Part shown: positions 49,801 through 64,000 of the stretch, in pieces
Layout: the number at the start of each line of letters is the position of its first letter
Numbering within the stretch: the stretch's first letter is position 1
NCBI GenBank assembly: GCA_051362555.1
Contig: CM120640.1
Span: 27,738,503-27,802,502 of the forward strand
DNA: 64,000 nucleotides
DNA from: Lingula anatina
Lineage: Eukaryota; Animalia; Brachiopoda
Direction: 5' to 3'
The notes under the pieces: generated by a model
Databases searched by the model: none
Told to the model about the DNA's origin: nothing
What the model saw: the letters and a program-made list of their open reading frames with translations, nothing else
Program-made: the position numbers and the translations under genes

Positions 49801-52800
49801 TGGCAGTAGCTTTGGCAGGTAAAACCTATAGTCACTTTCATTTTAATATCATCATGTTCTCACTCAAGTGAAAAAAAAAAGAAAAGAAAAAAAAAAGTTT
49901 TTCTTACCTGTGGTGGCATGGAATGCCGCATGTGTGTGGGACTTCCCAGGATAAGCGGACTGGGTGTGTGAGTGGGACTTCTCCGCCTCTGTGCCGGGCT
50001 CTGCTGGGACGGGTGGACCATGCCCCCCATGGGGTGGACCGATGTAGGCGATAAGCTCCCCTGCTGGGAATAGTTTTGCGGTTGCTGCTGATCTTCGGCA
50101 TCTAGTGGTGTAGTAAGTGGTGGTGGAAAGTGCAGGTTTGTTAGGTCTGGGAGAGAACCAGTGTTGTTGGAGAGAGGAATACTTGGTCCGCCAGGGTCCT
50201 GGTCTTGTGATGGGTATATACTGTTCGGGAGAAAAAAAATAAAAATGTGCATAAAAATTAAAATATCAATTTGCTGTTAATAGATATGGCTAAGTTTCAA
50301 GATTTACCATCTGAAACTTCACATGCAAGATGGACACCAAAAACTAAAATATAAATCTGAAAAAAAAAAAATTAAATAATCTAAGTTAACTTGTATACAG
50401 ATAATTTGAGATCAAAAGAACTCAACTGATGACCAAAGGTTTTAATTTTTACAGAAACCCTCAAACATTTTTATCAGCATCACATTGAAAACCCATCATT
50501 AGAAAATGCAACCAGACATGTATCAACAGTAGTACTTCATTGCAGTACAGGAGCAACATATGTAAGATAAATGAGACCATCACATTCTTATTTCATTAAG
50601 CTGTCATAAAAAAGCCTATCAAGTTGATCACTTGAAAAATACTTATGTATAGTCTTAATTAAACAAACCCTTTGCCATGTGTCAATTGAAAGAGACTTTT
50701 TACATGCAATTTTATGCTTAGCAGTAAAGCTGCAGACAATGGGCAATAGCCCCGTTCCAGTGGACCTCCTCTGATGCAGCCCTTTCAGCACATTGCCACT
50801 TTAAAAGTGCAAAATCTAGGCAAAGCCAGATCAATACCTGCCTAGCAGAGCACACACATACACTTTACTATTCAAAAATAATATATATCCATACATAAAT
50901 ATCTTCCTAGACCTATACATGCAAAATTGTGAAATCGTGGCAAAGCAATTCATTTAACAGTGACAGTTTAATTGCTTACATAAGAAAGAAACAATAGGAA
51001 TTATAACTAGTTATTCCCTTTTTGGTCATTAATTTTGTCAAACTGTTATCATCAAGTATTTTTTTCTGTGAATTTATAGATGATGATATAATTCATGTCA
51101 ACAATCTATATAAATCCATATAATTACTTATATCAATCTACACATATCCAGATATCAGTAAGCATACTCAGTGGATTAGCTAGTACAGAACATAAAGGGT
51201 GTGTGTATATATTTGGAAATGAAATTCTTAAAAAGCTCCCCAGGATTTCAAAAGTACCAGGAATTACATGGGAATACATGGTAATGTTGCAACATGTGGC
51301 ACACAACCCCAAATCCCATTTCTATTCAAATAAATCTGGCTAATAAACACATCACATGAGGGGTTGGGTCACCCCCATACAGTTAGTAAAGACCTGTCCT
51401 CCGCAAAATATTACTAGTTAGACGACGACATGTCAGCCACAGCATACGCACACTGCACAAAACGCTGAAGAAAAACTGGTATCAAAACAAAACAACATAC
51501 CAAACAAACTTGGGAATTAATCTCTGAAAACAAGCTGAATGGTGGGTTAGAGTAGCATTAGTAAAAGGCAGCCAGTGTCACACACACACACACACACAAG
51601 CACACATTCTTTCCGAGTCAGGTATTCATATTAGGCTACTTCATTTAGATTTAAGCTTGGCCCTGTCTTAAATGGGTTAAAGAGAGCATTTAAAAAACAA
51701 AGACATTTGTTTTGAACTTAGTAAGCTACAACTGATCTATGAAACAAAAATTTGTCACAACCTTAAAGCTGCATTTGAGGTCAAAATTTTGCCACAAATC
51801 CCAACCGAATGCCATCATATAGTTTCAAAAAGTATAACTTAGAGAAATACCAAAGGGCATCATTTTATATTATCTGAGGGGTGCATTATGTAAACTTTGG
51901 TTGTTTGGGAACTCATTTAATAAGTGTGCAATTGTGCACGCAACTTCATCCATCCATGAGAGTGGTGATCATGCAATGCGTGCATAGTACTACCTCATTT
52001 AGCAGAGTTTTACAAACTGGAGGGACAAATAAGAAATGTAAGTCAATTTACAACTAAAAATTTGAAGAAGCAGATCTTTTATGGTTGATAGAGTGATTAA
52101 TTGGGTTTATCGCTTGGTATGTCCAAGTTATTTTAGTCCTATAAGAAACTAGTGGAAATGCATTACTGGGAATCCACATTCTCTTTGAATGTTATTCAAG
52201 TAAGGACAGCTAGGGCACATTTAAGGGGGTATGGTAGGGGACTACATATAGTTCTAAAATATTAATTATTAGCAAAATGAATAAGAATTCTTGAAAATTT
52301 CATGACTGTTAAAGAGGTGGTTTAAGAGTCCAATTCCAGGGAAGAGGGCACGACCTGGATGTAACATGTTACCATGAAACAATCTGAGTTCTTATGTAGC
52401 TGAGGAAAGGTTTTTGAATTCTTTGAAACAGCTATCTGTATCCTTTTACTAATTAAAAAAGTAAAATGTGTATGTTTTGGACCAAATCTATGAAGCTAAG
52501 TTCTCTTGTTCAAAGTTTGGGGTACTTTTGCACAGCCTTCTTTTTCTTTTCAAATGGTCAAAAGTGACTTTATAAAATGACATCAATAAAAGAGGCAATA
52601 ATATTTTAAATTACGTTCTTATGCTCAGATTGGTTGAACTTCCCTGTACTGATAACTTAACTCCCTCACTCTGATAAGTGAGTCATGTTGTATGCCAACT
52701 AAAAGCATTATAGGTACTACACGGAACCTTCGACCATCAGGACCAATCACCATCTATATATAATAAATATATTGTGTTGATATTATATGGATGGTATACA

Positions 52801-55380
52801 GGAACTATAGACACATACAGACACACACACACACACAAAGATGGAGGAAAAAGTTTATGAGTGAGAAAGAGAGGCAGAGAGCAAGAATACACGGTATATC
52901 ATGAACTGCAAGTCAGTCATTTACCCTCTTAAATGCAATTTCCTTAAATGCCAATGGTTCCTGCAAAAAGGGAATGGGCAGGTTGCTGAGTACAAGACAA
53001 ACAGGTTCCATATACAAAATATCAGCACAAAAGTAAAAAAATAAATATTTCATAAGAAAATAACCGTGCAATTTTGCAGGATCAAAAAGCTAAATGACTT
53101 CAATCAGAGGCAAAGATGTATGCAGAAAAAAATATTGGATTTATATAGCCATTGGTGTTAGACATGGATACAGAAGAGCATGACCGTATGGTTTATCTAA
53201 CAAGCATAACACAATAAAAACCATAAATAAAAACAGTATAAACAAGTGGTATCAAAATAAATACTTCCATCATTTCAAGGAAACAAACAACATATTACAT
53301 ATTTTGTAGTGGCATTTATCGGTGTACTTACTTGATTCCAGGAACTTCACATGACTTAGGCCGTGACTGCGAACCAACCTGCAAGGATAATGATTGAAAA
53401 TGATAAACATCATTTTTTTTTCTTCAATCATGTTCAGCACCTTGATTCTCATTGACAGATTCCCTCTTGCTTCAAAGTACTACTGCAAGTCATTTGTCTC
53501 ACACAAATTCAAGAACCATAAATTTTACACACCATTTCAGTTTCCTCAAAAATTCCCATTTTCAAATAACACAGCTGGGATTTTGTCCAATTCTACCGGG
53601 AATACACATACCAACAAAAATTTATCTTTCATGCAGTAGTTTCACTTACCTTTTTCGGATCCCAATAATTTTTCATAGCTGGATTCTCCACTTGCATCTC
53701 TCCTATTACTTCCACTACTGAAACAAAGGTATAATTAGACACTGGGAAGGCAAAAGGAACCTGCTTATGAAAATGTAATATAATTTTTTTAATGCCCATT
53801 TGTTCCTAAAATATGGAGGATTATTAGCAACCACCTGTAAATTTTCCCCTAATGCTTTTTTTTTTTTTTTAAACAGTCAACCCCAACGTACACCTTATAT
53901 GTTTTAGTAAGAGGTGAATACATTAGTAAAAATTAAAAAATAAATCAACTTTAGATTGATTTTTTCAGGCACCAAAATTCCAAGAAGCAAAAATCAAAGT
54001 AGATATATAAACCTGTTTTTTTTTATACTTTAAAGTGTAAGGTATATGTGACAGGATATAATCAGCCCAATGTTTTAAATGAACAGCCAAAGTAACATGA
54101 GCTTCTGTGCACAAAAAATAAGCATACTGAAATGCAAATTTCACATTTCCCAGTTACTTTTTCAATCAAAATGTCACCAATTTAGCCAAAGTAACTGATA
54201 TTTTATCTTCTACTTTAAATGACAAAATGAAGAAATACTTTGGAGACATGCTTAAGTGTTATAGTGAACACACTAAAAATGTAAGTCAAGTTACTTAAAA
54301 GACACTACTACCTGACAAACATGCCATTAACCATACTGAAATAAAAATAAAAGAGATCTTCCATCTACTATTGAGTATCCACTAACATGCAATACTTGGA
54401 GTCAATATGAAATGAAAAATAGAATAGAAAAACAGAAAAGGTACCTTATGAAACAAAAAAATATCCACCATAACAACAAAGTATATCCATTGAACAACTG
54501 AACTACAAAATTAATCCACTGCTGCACAGATATGAACTTTAAATAAGGGCAAAGCCCCATCCACAAGGAAAAAAGTAATACAATTAGAGGTTGCTTCCAA
54601 TGTTGAAAGGAAATGCACGCCAACTTAGCATTTCAAAAAGAAAAGTCTTTATCTAAGAACCCATGCCAAAAAAGAAAAAAAAAAAAAGGTTAAATTAAAC
54701 AGTGGACTCAACACATAAAAAAAGTAATCCCAAAAGAAAAATAAGGTTAGAACGTTCAAAGCCATCTGGTGCATTTTGAGACTCTGGTAATGTAAAACCA
54801 GCCAGTGCTGAACTAGGATACAAGTCCAATAAAACAGCATGCCTTCAGTCTAATGCCAAAGGTGGAATTCCCAACACAAACTTTGTTCAATAAAGAATAC
54901 ATACACATCCGCACTGTGTTGGATTTACTGAAGTCAGTGGGGCTAACTTTGCACTGTTTGAACACATATGTACAGCACAGTGGCAAGTTAGACACAGAAG
55001 TTCTAACCTTCAGCAAAACTTGTTAGAAGTACTATGCCTAAATCTCAGTTTGAGGTATTTCCGAAGCTAGTTTAAAAATGACTCTATAACCATTTTATTC
55101 ATCAAATAATCCTTTCATATATGCTACCTTTTCTTTCCATTTCCTTTTTTTTTTTGAAAATCAACCTGGACAATAATTACTTTAAAAGGCCTGATTAATT
55201 GACTTTGGCAGTTAAATAGGTAACTTATCCATTTCTGACAAAAGCATGAGATTAATGAAACTAACCTGGACCTTGTGGACAAGTGTGCCAAGAAGTTCAA
55301 GTAGGTGAATAAATAACATTTAGAGCAAAGGGCTGATGCAAAACAAAGGCTATTTGCATTGTTTTCTTTTGTATTTACAG

Positions 55381-55435
<55 letters not shown>

Positions 55436-58400
55436 AAATTATGACAATAATAAAAATAATAATAATAATAGCCTAATTTTCCTTTACAAAGTTTGTGTTG
55501 AGCCCACTGTACAACAATGTTCACCACTTCATTTCAACACATTTGCAATATTGAAAAATATCAACAATCATGGGTCATCAAAATTGATTCCTTTTTTTAT
55601 TTATTCTTTTAATACTTTTTTCATTATTTATCTCTGACAAGTTGCATATGGTTATCGAATGTGACAAAAAATCTTTTTTTTTCTTAAAAGTACAAAAAAC
55701 TCCATGATTTAATCAATGTCATCAAAAATAATCTAATTTATCATCCCCAGACACTCCTCGCCACCTGTCTACCATCTTGAGACAGTTTACAATAGTGCAC
55801 AACTTAGAGGTTGATACCCTTTGTGATGGCAGAGTTTAAAGAACCAATACTCAAGTGTGGGTTAAGGACAATTTAATTTTACCAGATTGTTACATAGTTA
55901 TGGCGAGTGTCAGAGAAGGATGTAACAAAGGTTGGTAAGCTTATACTCCCAGAAACATGTTAAGTATGAGTTTATTGCGAGTAAAATCTAAGGCTAGGCA
56001 CCTATAATTTCAGTAACCCCCGAAAAAGTAGTGAACACTGTTTTCTACTATCACCACTTATGGGCGGGCAGAGATAAAAAAAAAAGATGTACAAGTAGTA
56101 ATTCTAGCTCAGCAACAGGATCAAGCTATACCTCCAATCCCTGGACTGGTGTCTGCTTGAGGGTGGGGAAGAACAAGAAGGAAACTTTAAATTACATAGA
56201 TTCTTTAAATCATCATGTTAGTAATATACCCAGAACACCATAAGAAATACAGGGCAAAAATTGTGCCAAAATTTGATGAAACAAGGTTTATTTTATTTCT
56301 TTTTTATTTATGTTTTTGTGAGCTGACATTAATGACGCTGAAACCAAAATTATTTAATATTTTCTGCATAAAAAAGTCTCTTCATTCCAACTTTCCTTGA
56401 TATATTCTTCTTTCCACAACTGATACAATTTCTTGCTAAAATTCATCAAATATCCTATGCATAATACAACACTTCGACAGCTGCTATATTGTTGTTTTTC
56501 TTTTCTTCCGTTTCTTTTTCTCTACTTAGATAAGTTTTACTCCATGTGCTCTACCATACACATACAGTATGATCTACCCCGGGAAAAATTGTCAGTTGTA
56601 TGAGATATCAGTACTGCACAATGCAAGTCACTTTCACACATAACCTCTTCAATCTTGCTTTATTAACATTGGATCAATCTATTGCAAATGATACTAAACA
56701 CGGTTCCAAACAAAAAGAAAGAAATAACTGGTATTGTATTTTTTGTATTCTTCATTCCACACCACTGCTGGGTACTGAGAGTGAATATCAGAGTAAAACA
56801 GGCCAGCAAAAAGATTATAATTAAGAGCATCCTAATCATCACACTTAAAATACGACTTCCATATCTACCAAAACACAGGACTTGTCCTAAACTCTGATGG
56901 TCACGGTATTTACTCCTTACAACGACTGGGGACCAGTAACCATGCAGTTTGTAAGGCAATCTTACCGCAGAGATACTTCCTCTTGATAATAGTCACCACT
57001 GGGAAATTAACGGGGTTTTGTTTTTGTTTGATTTGGTAGAAATGGAGATCTGGTTAGCCCAGTTTATGTGCTGCCTGCTGGCATGGCAGAGAAAACTGGC
57101 TTACTTACTTCGCCTGTGCTGTGGAGGTGTGTTCGGACTGAGCTGCTCGGAAGGGGGTGCCATGGCACTTTGGTGGAGGGCAGAATCAGAGTTTGTCCTG
57201 AAAAAAATAAAATTACTTAAATAAATAATATAACAAACACAAGAATGCTTTAAATGAATCCCTTCCCTTGTTTTCATTTGGTATATAATGGTATGCAAAA
57301 CAATGACTCCTTTGCTTTGTCTATGCGTAATTATCAATAACAATAAAATCCAATATAAAAATTGAGAATAATTCTGGCACCTTCTTCAGGAACTACAACA
57401 GCGTTGACAATACATTATGTAAGCAGTACAAGTGTGCACCTGCAGTGGTACAAACAAAAAGAGCTGAATGAATAGATGAACAGTTGGACAAAACATCAGG
57501 AGTTCTTATCTCTTTCACTTAGCAAAACATGAAATTCTGGTTTCAAACAAGTAGCTAAAATTTTCAGTTTAACAATCTGACAGTGAATTGAAATACAAGT
57601 TTAGCCACTTTAGGTGAGTTTTTAAGCTACTGGCAAAAAGGTTATGCACCATTTCTTTATAATAACTATATCTGGTCTGATCAGGTATATGCGGAAATGA
57701 TCTGCCTCCCCTTTGGTGCCCCCCCCCCCCCTCCAAAGGTAAGTCTACCTACAATATAAGCTACTGTAACCTAGATTACCATCTAACCTAGAATACCAGC
57801 TAGGTTATCTTTAGCTCAGAGATCAATACTCAGGTTTTCCTGTTCCTGCAGTTGCCCCTTCAGCTGATATATTTCTGTTAGAGGCTATTTACAGAGATGC
57901 TATATATATTGGGAACTTATATATAAATATTGAAGGCAGCACAGCCAACCTATTAGTAAAAAAAATCGATCAATCCTTTTTTTTTCCTGGTTTCCTTATT
58001 CCCATGACCTTGGGAAATGCCTTCTGTCTAGGTCTCTCTTCCAGCACTGCCGTGTAGATAAGCAGAAAGCTGGGTACTGGTCTGCAGTATACTGTGCAGA
58101 AACCTAAGACCATGGGATTGCATTGTACAATACAATACTGGCTCAGTGGCACTATTATACCACACATAGACCGCATGGTGGTCATGTTTCGCAAGCTTTT
58201 TTTTTTAAATGTTACCTGTAAAAACATGGGCATAAGTGTTTCTAATTGATGTATCATTTTACGACTTGACATGCAAAACCAAAGCTGCTACAGCTAGAAC
58301 AGTGAAATCAGATTTGATCAGATTTGTATTCTAGAAGCAAATGGAATTGATTAGAGACTGTAACATAATCAACAACTGCTGAAAATATATTTTGCTCAAT

Positions 58401-61400
58401 CCACCCCAAAAAAACTTGAGCTTAGCAGCTACTTACACAATTCATCAAAACCACCCAGCCCATTTTTTTATCTTATCACTAACACAATATCTATCAAAAC
58501 TGCCTGCATATATCAGTGTCATATCATTTAGTCAGGTGAGCAAATGTCAGCTAATGGACATTACTCTATCTAAACGTTCCTTGGCCTATAGAATACATCT
58601 ATAAACTACACACCAGTGATAATATTGTTTTTGAAATTTGTAATTTTCCAGGAATTTCCCAGGTTTAAAATGGTGCATATATGTAGAATTTCTAGACAAT
58701 CAAAATGAGAAAATCATGAGAAATGGAGTTTGGAGGAAAAAAATCCACGATCACCCTTTTTGAATTCAATAGCTGCCCCAGTGAGTGTGAACATGAATAA
58801 ATAAATAAATCAACTGTTATCATTATATCATCAGCAAACTTATCTTTTTTGTTTATTTATTTTTTTCAAAAAAGTCTAAAAAATTACAATATCATTTACC
58901 ATTAGTATGCTTCAACTTGAACATGTGGCCAACAAGCTTGGTTTTAAAGTAACCCTCACCCCCTCAAACTGAAATGTGACACCTCATGTTCTCAAAAAGA
59001 GAATCCAATTCATGTGACAGATGCGGCACATCCCCCTTCTATGTTCACATGATCTTATGATATTATTCTTTTTATGATATATAATCTTTATAAAAAGAAT
59101 AAATCATTAATCACCGACTGATAGTGCTTACCTTCTCCATCCTTCGCCCATCTGTGGTGGGGTTAAATATGCGTTACCATATGGCGAATGATCCACCTGT
59201 ACACTGGTTAAGGTCATAATTACACAACAATGATCAATGTTACAAATTAAAAAACTAGTACAATAGTACACGAAACAAAAGGATAGGATGTCAAAAAAAA
59301 ATATGTACAACATGCATAAAGGTATCGATCTGGTCACCTTTTATCAAAAGAAAGCAATCCACTTCAACCACAGTAAAATTTAAGGTCAGGTGAGTTCATG
59401 GCTGCTTTATTTCCATGACAGAAGGTACATCTTACGGAACAAACTAGCAAATTGGCACACTTTACCATATACTGAATATGCTTTATTTCCCTTTGGCTTC
59501 TAAGTTTTTAGTGAGGAGGGAGGTCAGAGCTGCCATTTTTAGGGGTGTAGTTAGGTAGGCCTGCAGTCAATATCTTGGTCACACCAGATCATTACTGCAC
59601 TGAATGTTTGATTAATGGTAAAACAAAGAAATTATTATTAATGCACTGATATGAAAAAATATATCCTTGTGTGAATCATAAATGATCATACTAAAATGCT
59701 GTTGTAAATGAAAAGATTAATTTACTACTTAATGATTTTGAAATATTTCACCTTATTATCTCTTTTTTTTTAAGAAAACTCCTCTACAAAATATCCTACA
59801 AAAGCTCAAATTTACCATATGCTGTACAATATTACTTACCAGACTTAACAGACTGCATATTTTAAAATAAGCTTTCGTTTCCCAGAGGGATTAATACAGA
59901 CTTCCTTATATCAAGAACCTTTTAGAATCCAGTGTGAACAATCTATAATACTGTTAACCAGGTAGTTCAAATGGAAGCACGTCCTAGATAATTTGGTTTT
60001 TTTTTTTTCCAGAGAGGTCATGGGCACTCTTGAAGGCATAGTGTTTTTACCATCTCGAACCTTTAGGCAGTTGGACTATTATATGACAAAATCCATGAAG
60101 TTGCAAATAAATTTATCGTTCATCATATTAAGTGGAGTGTCTATACCTTAAATAACCACCTTAAATAGTTAATCATACATGCACTCCCAGCTGATATAAG
60201 GATTTGTGAACTCAAATGTATATCCTCTTTTTTTATTTGACATTGGCCAACGATTCTGTGTATAATTTCTTGTCAACCTCTAAATTTTTTTATCTGCTTT
60301 TATGCCAATAAATAGATAATCACCAATATAGGGCATTGGTATTACACAAAGATATATATCTATCATATAGGACAAGTAGCCTTATCTATGTTTATCTATT
60401 AATGTGTAGCTGTTAAATTATATGTACAACTATGCCCAGATTACAAAGGCGACACACATGAGTACTTTGAAGAAAATTTGTGAATTATTCAATGATGCAC
60501 AGGAGTGGTGTTTTAAGAGAAGGCATATTAATGATACAGATAAATCATCAATTCTCTAGCTGTAAAACATCACTGAACTTTCCCTGATTACCCAATGTAA
60601 GATATTTCTTTACAATTTCCCTGTGATCTTAAATCTTTCCAAGTGTGTCCAATAACCCATTAAGTTCTGTCTTTGGCATACCTGCAGGAAGTTTGAATGC
60701 AATCTACAGTCCAAACATTGCAACTACAGAAGCATGTGCTGTCACTGGGCTATGAAATTGAAATTCTAGACATGAAGGTAAGTGTGTACACTGCATTTGA
60801 ACATTGCCCTACTCGAACCTATATAACCTGAATAAATTTTGTGGTCACTTAAAAAGTTTCATCAATTTGGTCACTTAAAAAGTTTCATCAATTCAGTAAA
60901 TATCAGCAATAAAATAATCTTTTTTCACAAACTTATTACAAGTTTCACGTCAGTGATTAAACTTGTAGTTAATTTGTGTCAGAAGTTTTTTTATTGCAAA
61001 TCCTTTGGGTCCTAAAGTGTCCAAGTGATGTGAAGTCTACTGCATACAGAAAAGATAAACCTGTGATGACATATTCATACCATATCTTGGCATGTTCTCC
61101 TAATTGAAAAGGATATCGGTGGGAATGTGGCACATCAGGAGTGTAATTTGATATCAAAATGTATGTCATATTGTTATAATGAAAGATATTGTATTGGCTT
61201 GGTACTCTAGGGTGTTGCCAAGGGCTACACATTTTATACGTGTTACTTACAGAAGATCATTTCTTTACTGACCATCTTCAAAAAAAATGTTTTGGTTTTA
61301 CCAACAATGTGGAAGAAAGGAGCACAAGAAGAGGGTCCATGTTTCTGAAAAGCCAGAGGGTACTTTACACTGAGGTGGTAAAGGCTTCAGACCAATTAGA

Positions 61401-61764
61401 AAATAAATGTCTAAATAATAGATAAATACAGGAATATTTCATACAAAACATGTATTTTTCAACATTTTTCAGATGGAAAAACCATAACCTGTGGAAGAAA
61501 TGCTTGGCACCTGCACAAAATTTGTCAATTGTAATAGGGTAAATTCATAAATATTTTCCAACTTGTGAAATATTGGATGCAGACAGGTCTTTTGAAAACA
61601 GCTTCAGTACTCTTGGGTTAAATGTACTTTTGCCTTCTAGTAAAGGATACTCTAGGAAAAGTTCTCCTATGCATGGCTAATTCTCGTGATCTGCTCCTAT
61701 TGTGCAGTCGGTCCACAATTGTTTGTCGTCCATGTTTCATTTCATCCAGGCTGTGGAGAGCACT
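44051..61764 (-). CDS. CRTC1: CREB-regulated transcription coactivator (CRTC/TORC); 12 exons in window, N-terminal CREB-binding exon(s) beyond the right edge
   Basis: Exons 61651-61764, 59132-59196, 57109-57197, 53650-53717, 53332-53378, 49908-50220, 48859-49044, 47847-48044, 47244-47345, 45446-45615, 44866-44963, 44051-44289 (TAA); 1689 nt, phases consistent. Motifs [104 protein letters not shown]. The symbol stands for the single invertebrate co-ortholog of CRTC1/2/3. Confidence 0.95.
48918..48989 (-). repeat. CAG/CAA repeat encoding a polyglutamine tract in CRTC
   Basis: Reads Q9-S-Q12 in the CRTC frame within exon 48859-49044. Confidence 0.85.
55381..55470. repeat. (TAAA)n and (AAT)n microsatellites
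   Basis: Direct observation. Confidence 0.9.
59197..61650 (-). other. U12-type (minor spliceosome) GT-AG intron in CRTC
   Basis: 5' splice site GTATCCTTT (61650-61642); branch site ACCTTAAC (59214-59207) followed by only 10 nt (CAGTGTACAG) to the acceptor; no polypyrimidine tract. Confidence 0.92.
60842..60893. repeat. Exact 26-bp tandem duplication
   Basis: tggtcacttaaaaagtttcatcaatt twice in a row. Confidence 0.9.
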
Positions 61765-62396
61765 CTAGAAGAAAAGATATAACAACTTCAGTGTTAATAT
61801 TAGTCACATATTAAATCAAATTCAATTCCCTACAAGCACTGGTTAAACAATGTACAAGGAGACAAAGCTGAATGACAGACAAGATCATGGATGCAACTGA
61901 CTTTTTTATATTGACCAATCTTCACTTTCAGCTTTCACTTCCAATACATTTTAAACTATCCTATTGAAAAGTTAAACTTATTGAAGAGAGGGGATGAAAG
62001 AGGAAGAGAGATTGAAACAGATCTTTATATCAACAAAAGAGAAAAACAATCTCATAATCAGATCATGAATTAGTATCTATGGCAACCTGGTTCCAAGCAA
62101 ACTGCCACATACTCAGGTTAGCAAACATAGTGATATTGATAAAAATATAAACTGTTTCATAATGGTTTCTCAGACAGCAAAGGCAAGATAACCACGCTGA
62201 ATTAGCTTAATCAAGGTAACCAAGGTCTATGCCATCCAGCAGGATGTTAGCAATGACTGCCAAGAAGCAGAGGCTATTAAAAAACAAGGAAGTGACTGAC
62301 CACAAGTGAAATCAAGCTGAACAGGGACTCCTGTACTCTCATCAGTCATCCTGTATAGAGCAGGCACTGTTTCTTTAAACAATTATCTTTGTTTGA

Positions 62397-62397
<1 letters not shown>

Positions 62398-62457
<60 letters not shown>
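62398..62457. repeat. (ATA)n microsatellite
   Basis: Direct observation; source of the poly-Ile ORF 62346..62603. Confidence 0.95.
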
Positions 62458-62458
<1 letters not shown>

Positions 62459-63843
62459 ATTGTGCTGCATCACTCAAAACAATTGGAAAACAGATACATC
62501 TACATCTAAACAAAAAAGTTAAATAAATGAGATCAGTGAGATCAGTGACATTCCAATATATCAATGTATCATGCTGAGTAAGAATAATGATATTATATGG
62601 CACCTGAAAAAATGACGTGGAGCAACATATCCTCTACATAAATTTATCCTTTTTTAATTTCCAAAATATTGGAAGCCTTTAAGAATCCTGCTCTGTTGCA
62701 AGGAAAATTTGTAAGATTTATGACCTGAAAACTGAGAAGTAGGTCACATTTGTAAACCAAATCAAACACACATACAGCGCAAAACAACTAACACTGAAGT
62801 GATAGGTTTACTTTTGTAACATACTTATTCATGCTTCAGTAGCAAAATACAAGACAAAATATACTGATGCCTTTAATGATCAATGCAGAGAACCAGAAAC
62901 TTCTTTTTTAAAACATTTCCACTGTTAATATTTGTGGTTCTACTGCAGTGTGCTGGGTCTGGTGGCTTCAGCAATAAGAATACACTTAATATTTGATAGG
63001 TTTAAAGAAACTTTAAGATGGAAACCTGTGCCTTTTATTCCAAATATCAAAACACAATAGCTGAGACAATACCACTGAAGCCATTAACAAAAAAAAAACT
63101 TACATTAAGGCCAAGCTACTCAAACACTTACTAACAGTACTGTCAGTGAGGATTCAGAATAAAAGCACACCATTCCCTTAAGTATACTTTATCTCTTAGG
63201 GTATATATTCATTGAGAATTTCCAGGTTGTTATTTGAATAGAATTATGGTCTATATATTATTGGAAATCATTGTTGACAAATAAGATTACCGAAAGTTAG
63301 CTTTGGCTGGTGAATATGAATAAAACAGATTTTGATAAATCTTCTTTAAAGCATGTGAATTATAGCAGATGTTATCCAATGTTTTCCTGATAAATTTTCA
63401 CATTAAATCCCATTTCTATACACAGATTTGCCATGGACATACTGCACAACCTAAGTGAACTTGGATTTTACCTACATCAATTTTATCTACATCAATAAAT
63501 AATAAAGGTAACAATATAACCTTCATTTCTGTGGCTTTGATAATGTTGTATGTATAGCTACTGATTACATGTAGGTTCTTATTGCTGGCAGGCTACAATT
63601 ATAAACTTACAAAGCAAAGTGGAAAAGACATACCCCCCCCCCCCAAAAAAAAAGGACAATGTACCAGTCCATGCCAGCATAGTTATGGTAGAAGATATGT
63701 GTGGGCGTGGCTCTTCCCTCACCTACCCTATTTTCCAGATACTAGTATAGCCTCATTAACATACTAACTACCTCTTTCCCAGGCTGAAAAAAACACCTTT
63801 GGGTACAGAAAATTGAGGAGGAGGAATTGTGGAGGGCTGGTTA

Positions 63844-63905
63844 CAGGACCCAGGATGTTGATGTCTACAGAGCAGGACCCAGGAAGTTGATGTCTACAGA
63901 GCAGG
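63844..63905. repeat. Near-exact 29-bp tandem duplication
   Basis: caggacccagga(t/a)gttgatgtctacagag twice, followed by cagg. Confidence 0.9.
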
Positions 63906-64000
63906 TATCAGTGACTGGCAAACTTGACAGAACAAGTGTGTGGAATTGGAAGGGGACCATGTTGAAAAACATTCCAGAATAAAAACAAAATATTTTGTCC

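Noticed and set aside
51385-52755. Exon-like patches near 51390-51465 and 52720-52753 in a CRTC intron
   Set aside because: Neither gives a stop-free phase 2-2 exon with a good donor.

Overview
AT-rich eukaryotic genomic DNA from an invertebrate, probably a lophotrochozoan such as a mollusc or annelid (inferred from gene content; not a prokaryote, so most of the ORF track is noise). I reconstructed five protein-coding genes by hand from splice sites and reading-frame phase: (1) the 5' four exons of an unidentified acidic protein (- strand, runs off the left edge); (2) a complete 15-exon SLC6 glycine/proline-type transporter (-); (3) a complete 6-exon divergent ependymin-related secreted protein (-); (4) an intronless FMRFamide-receptor-like rhodopsin GPCR (+); (5) 12 exons of CRTC, the CREB-regulated transcription coactivator (-, 5' end beyond the window). 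The best non-obvious signals are a U12 minor-spliceosome intron in CRTC, a 1.7-kb CAG-ended DNA transposon with a 5-bp TSD nested in an older repeat whose uninterrupted copy lies elsewhere in the window, and a CpG-poor/CpG-rich/CpG-poor domain pattern. Several MITEs, an RTE LINE remnant and microsatellites are also present. I found no convincing new multi-gene system; the EPDR/GPCR pairing is reported only as a speculation.
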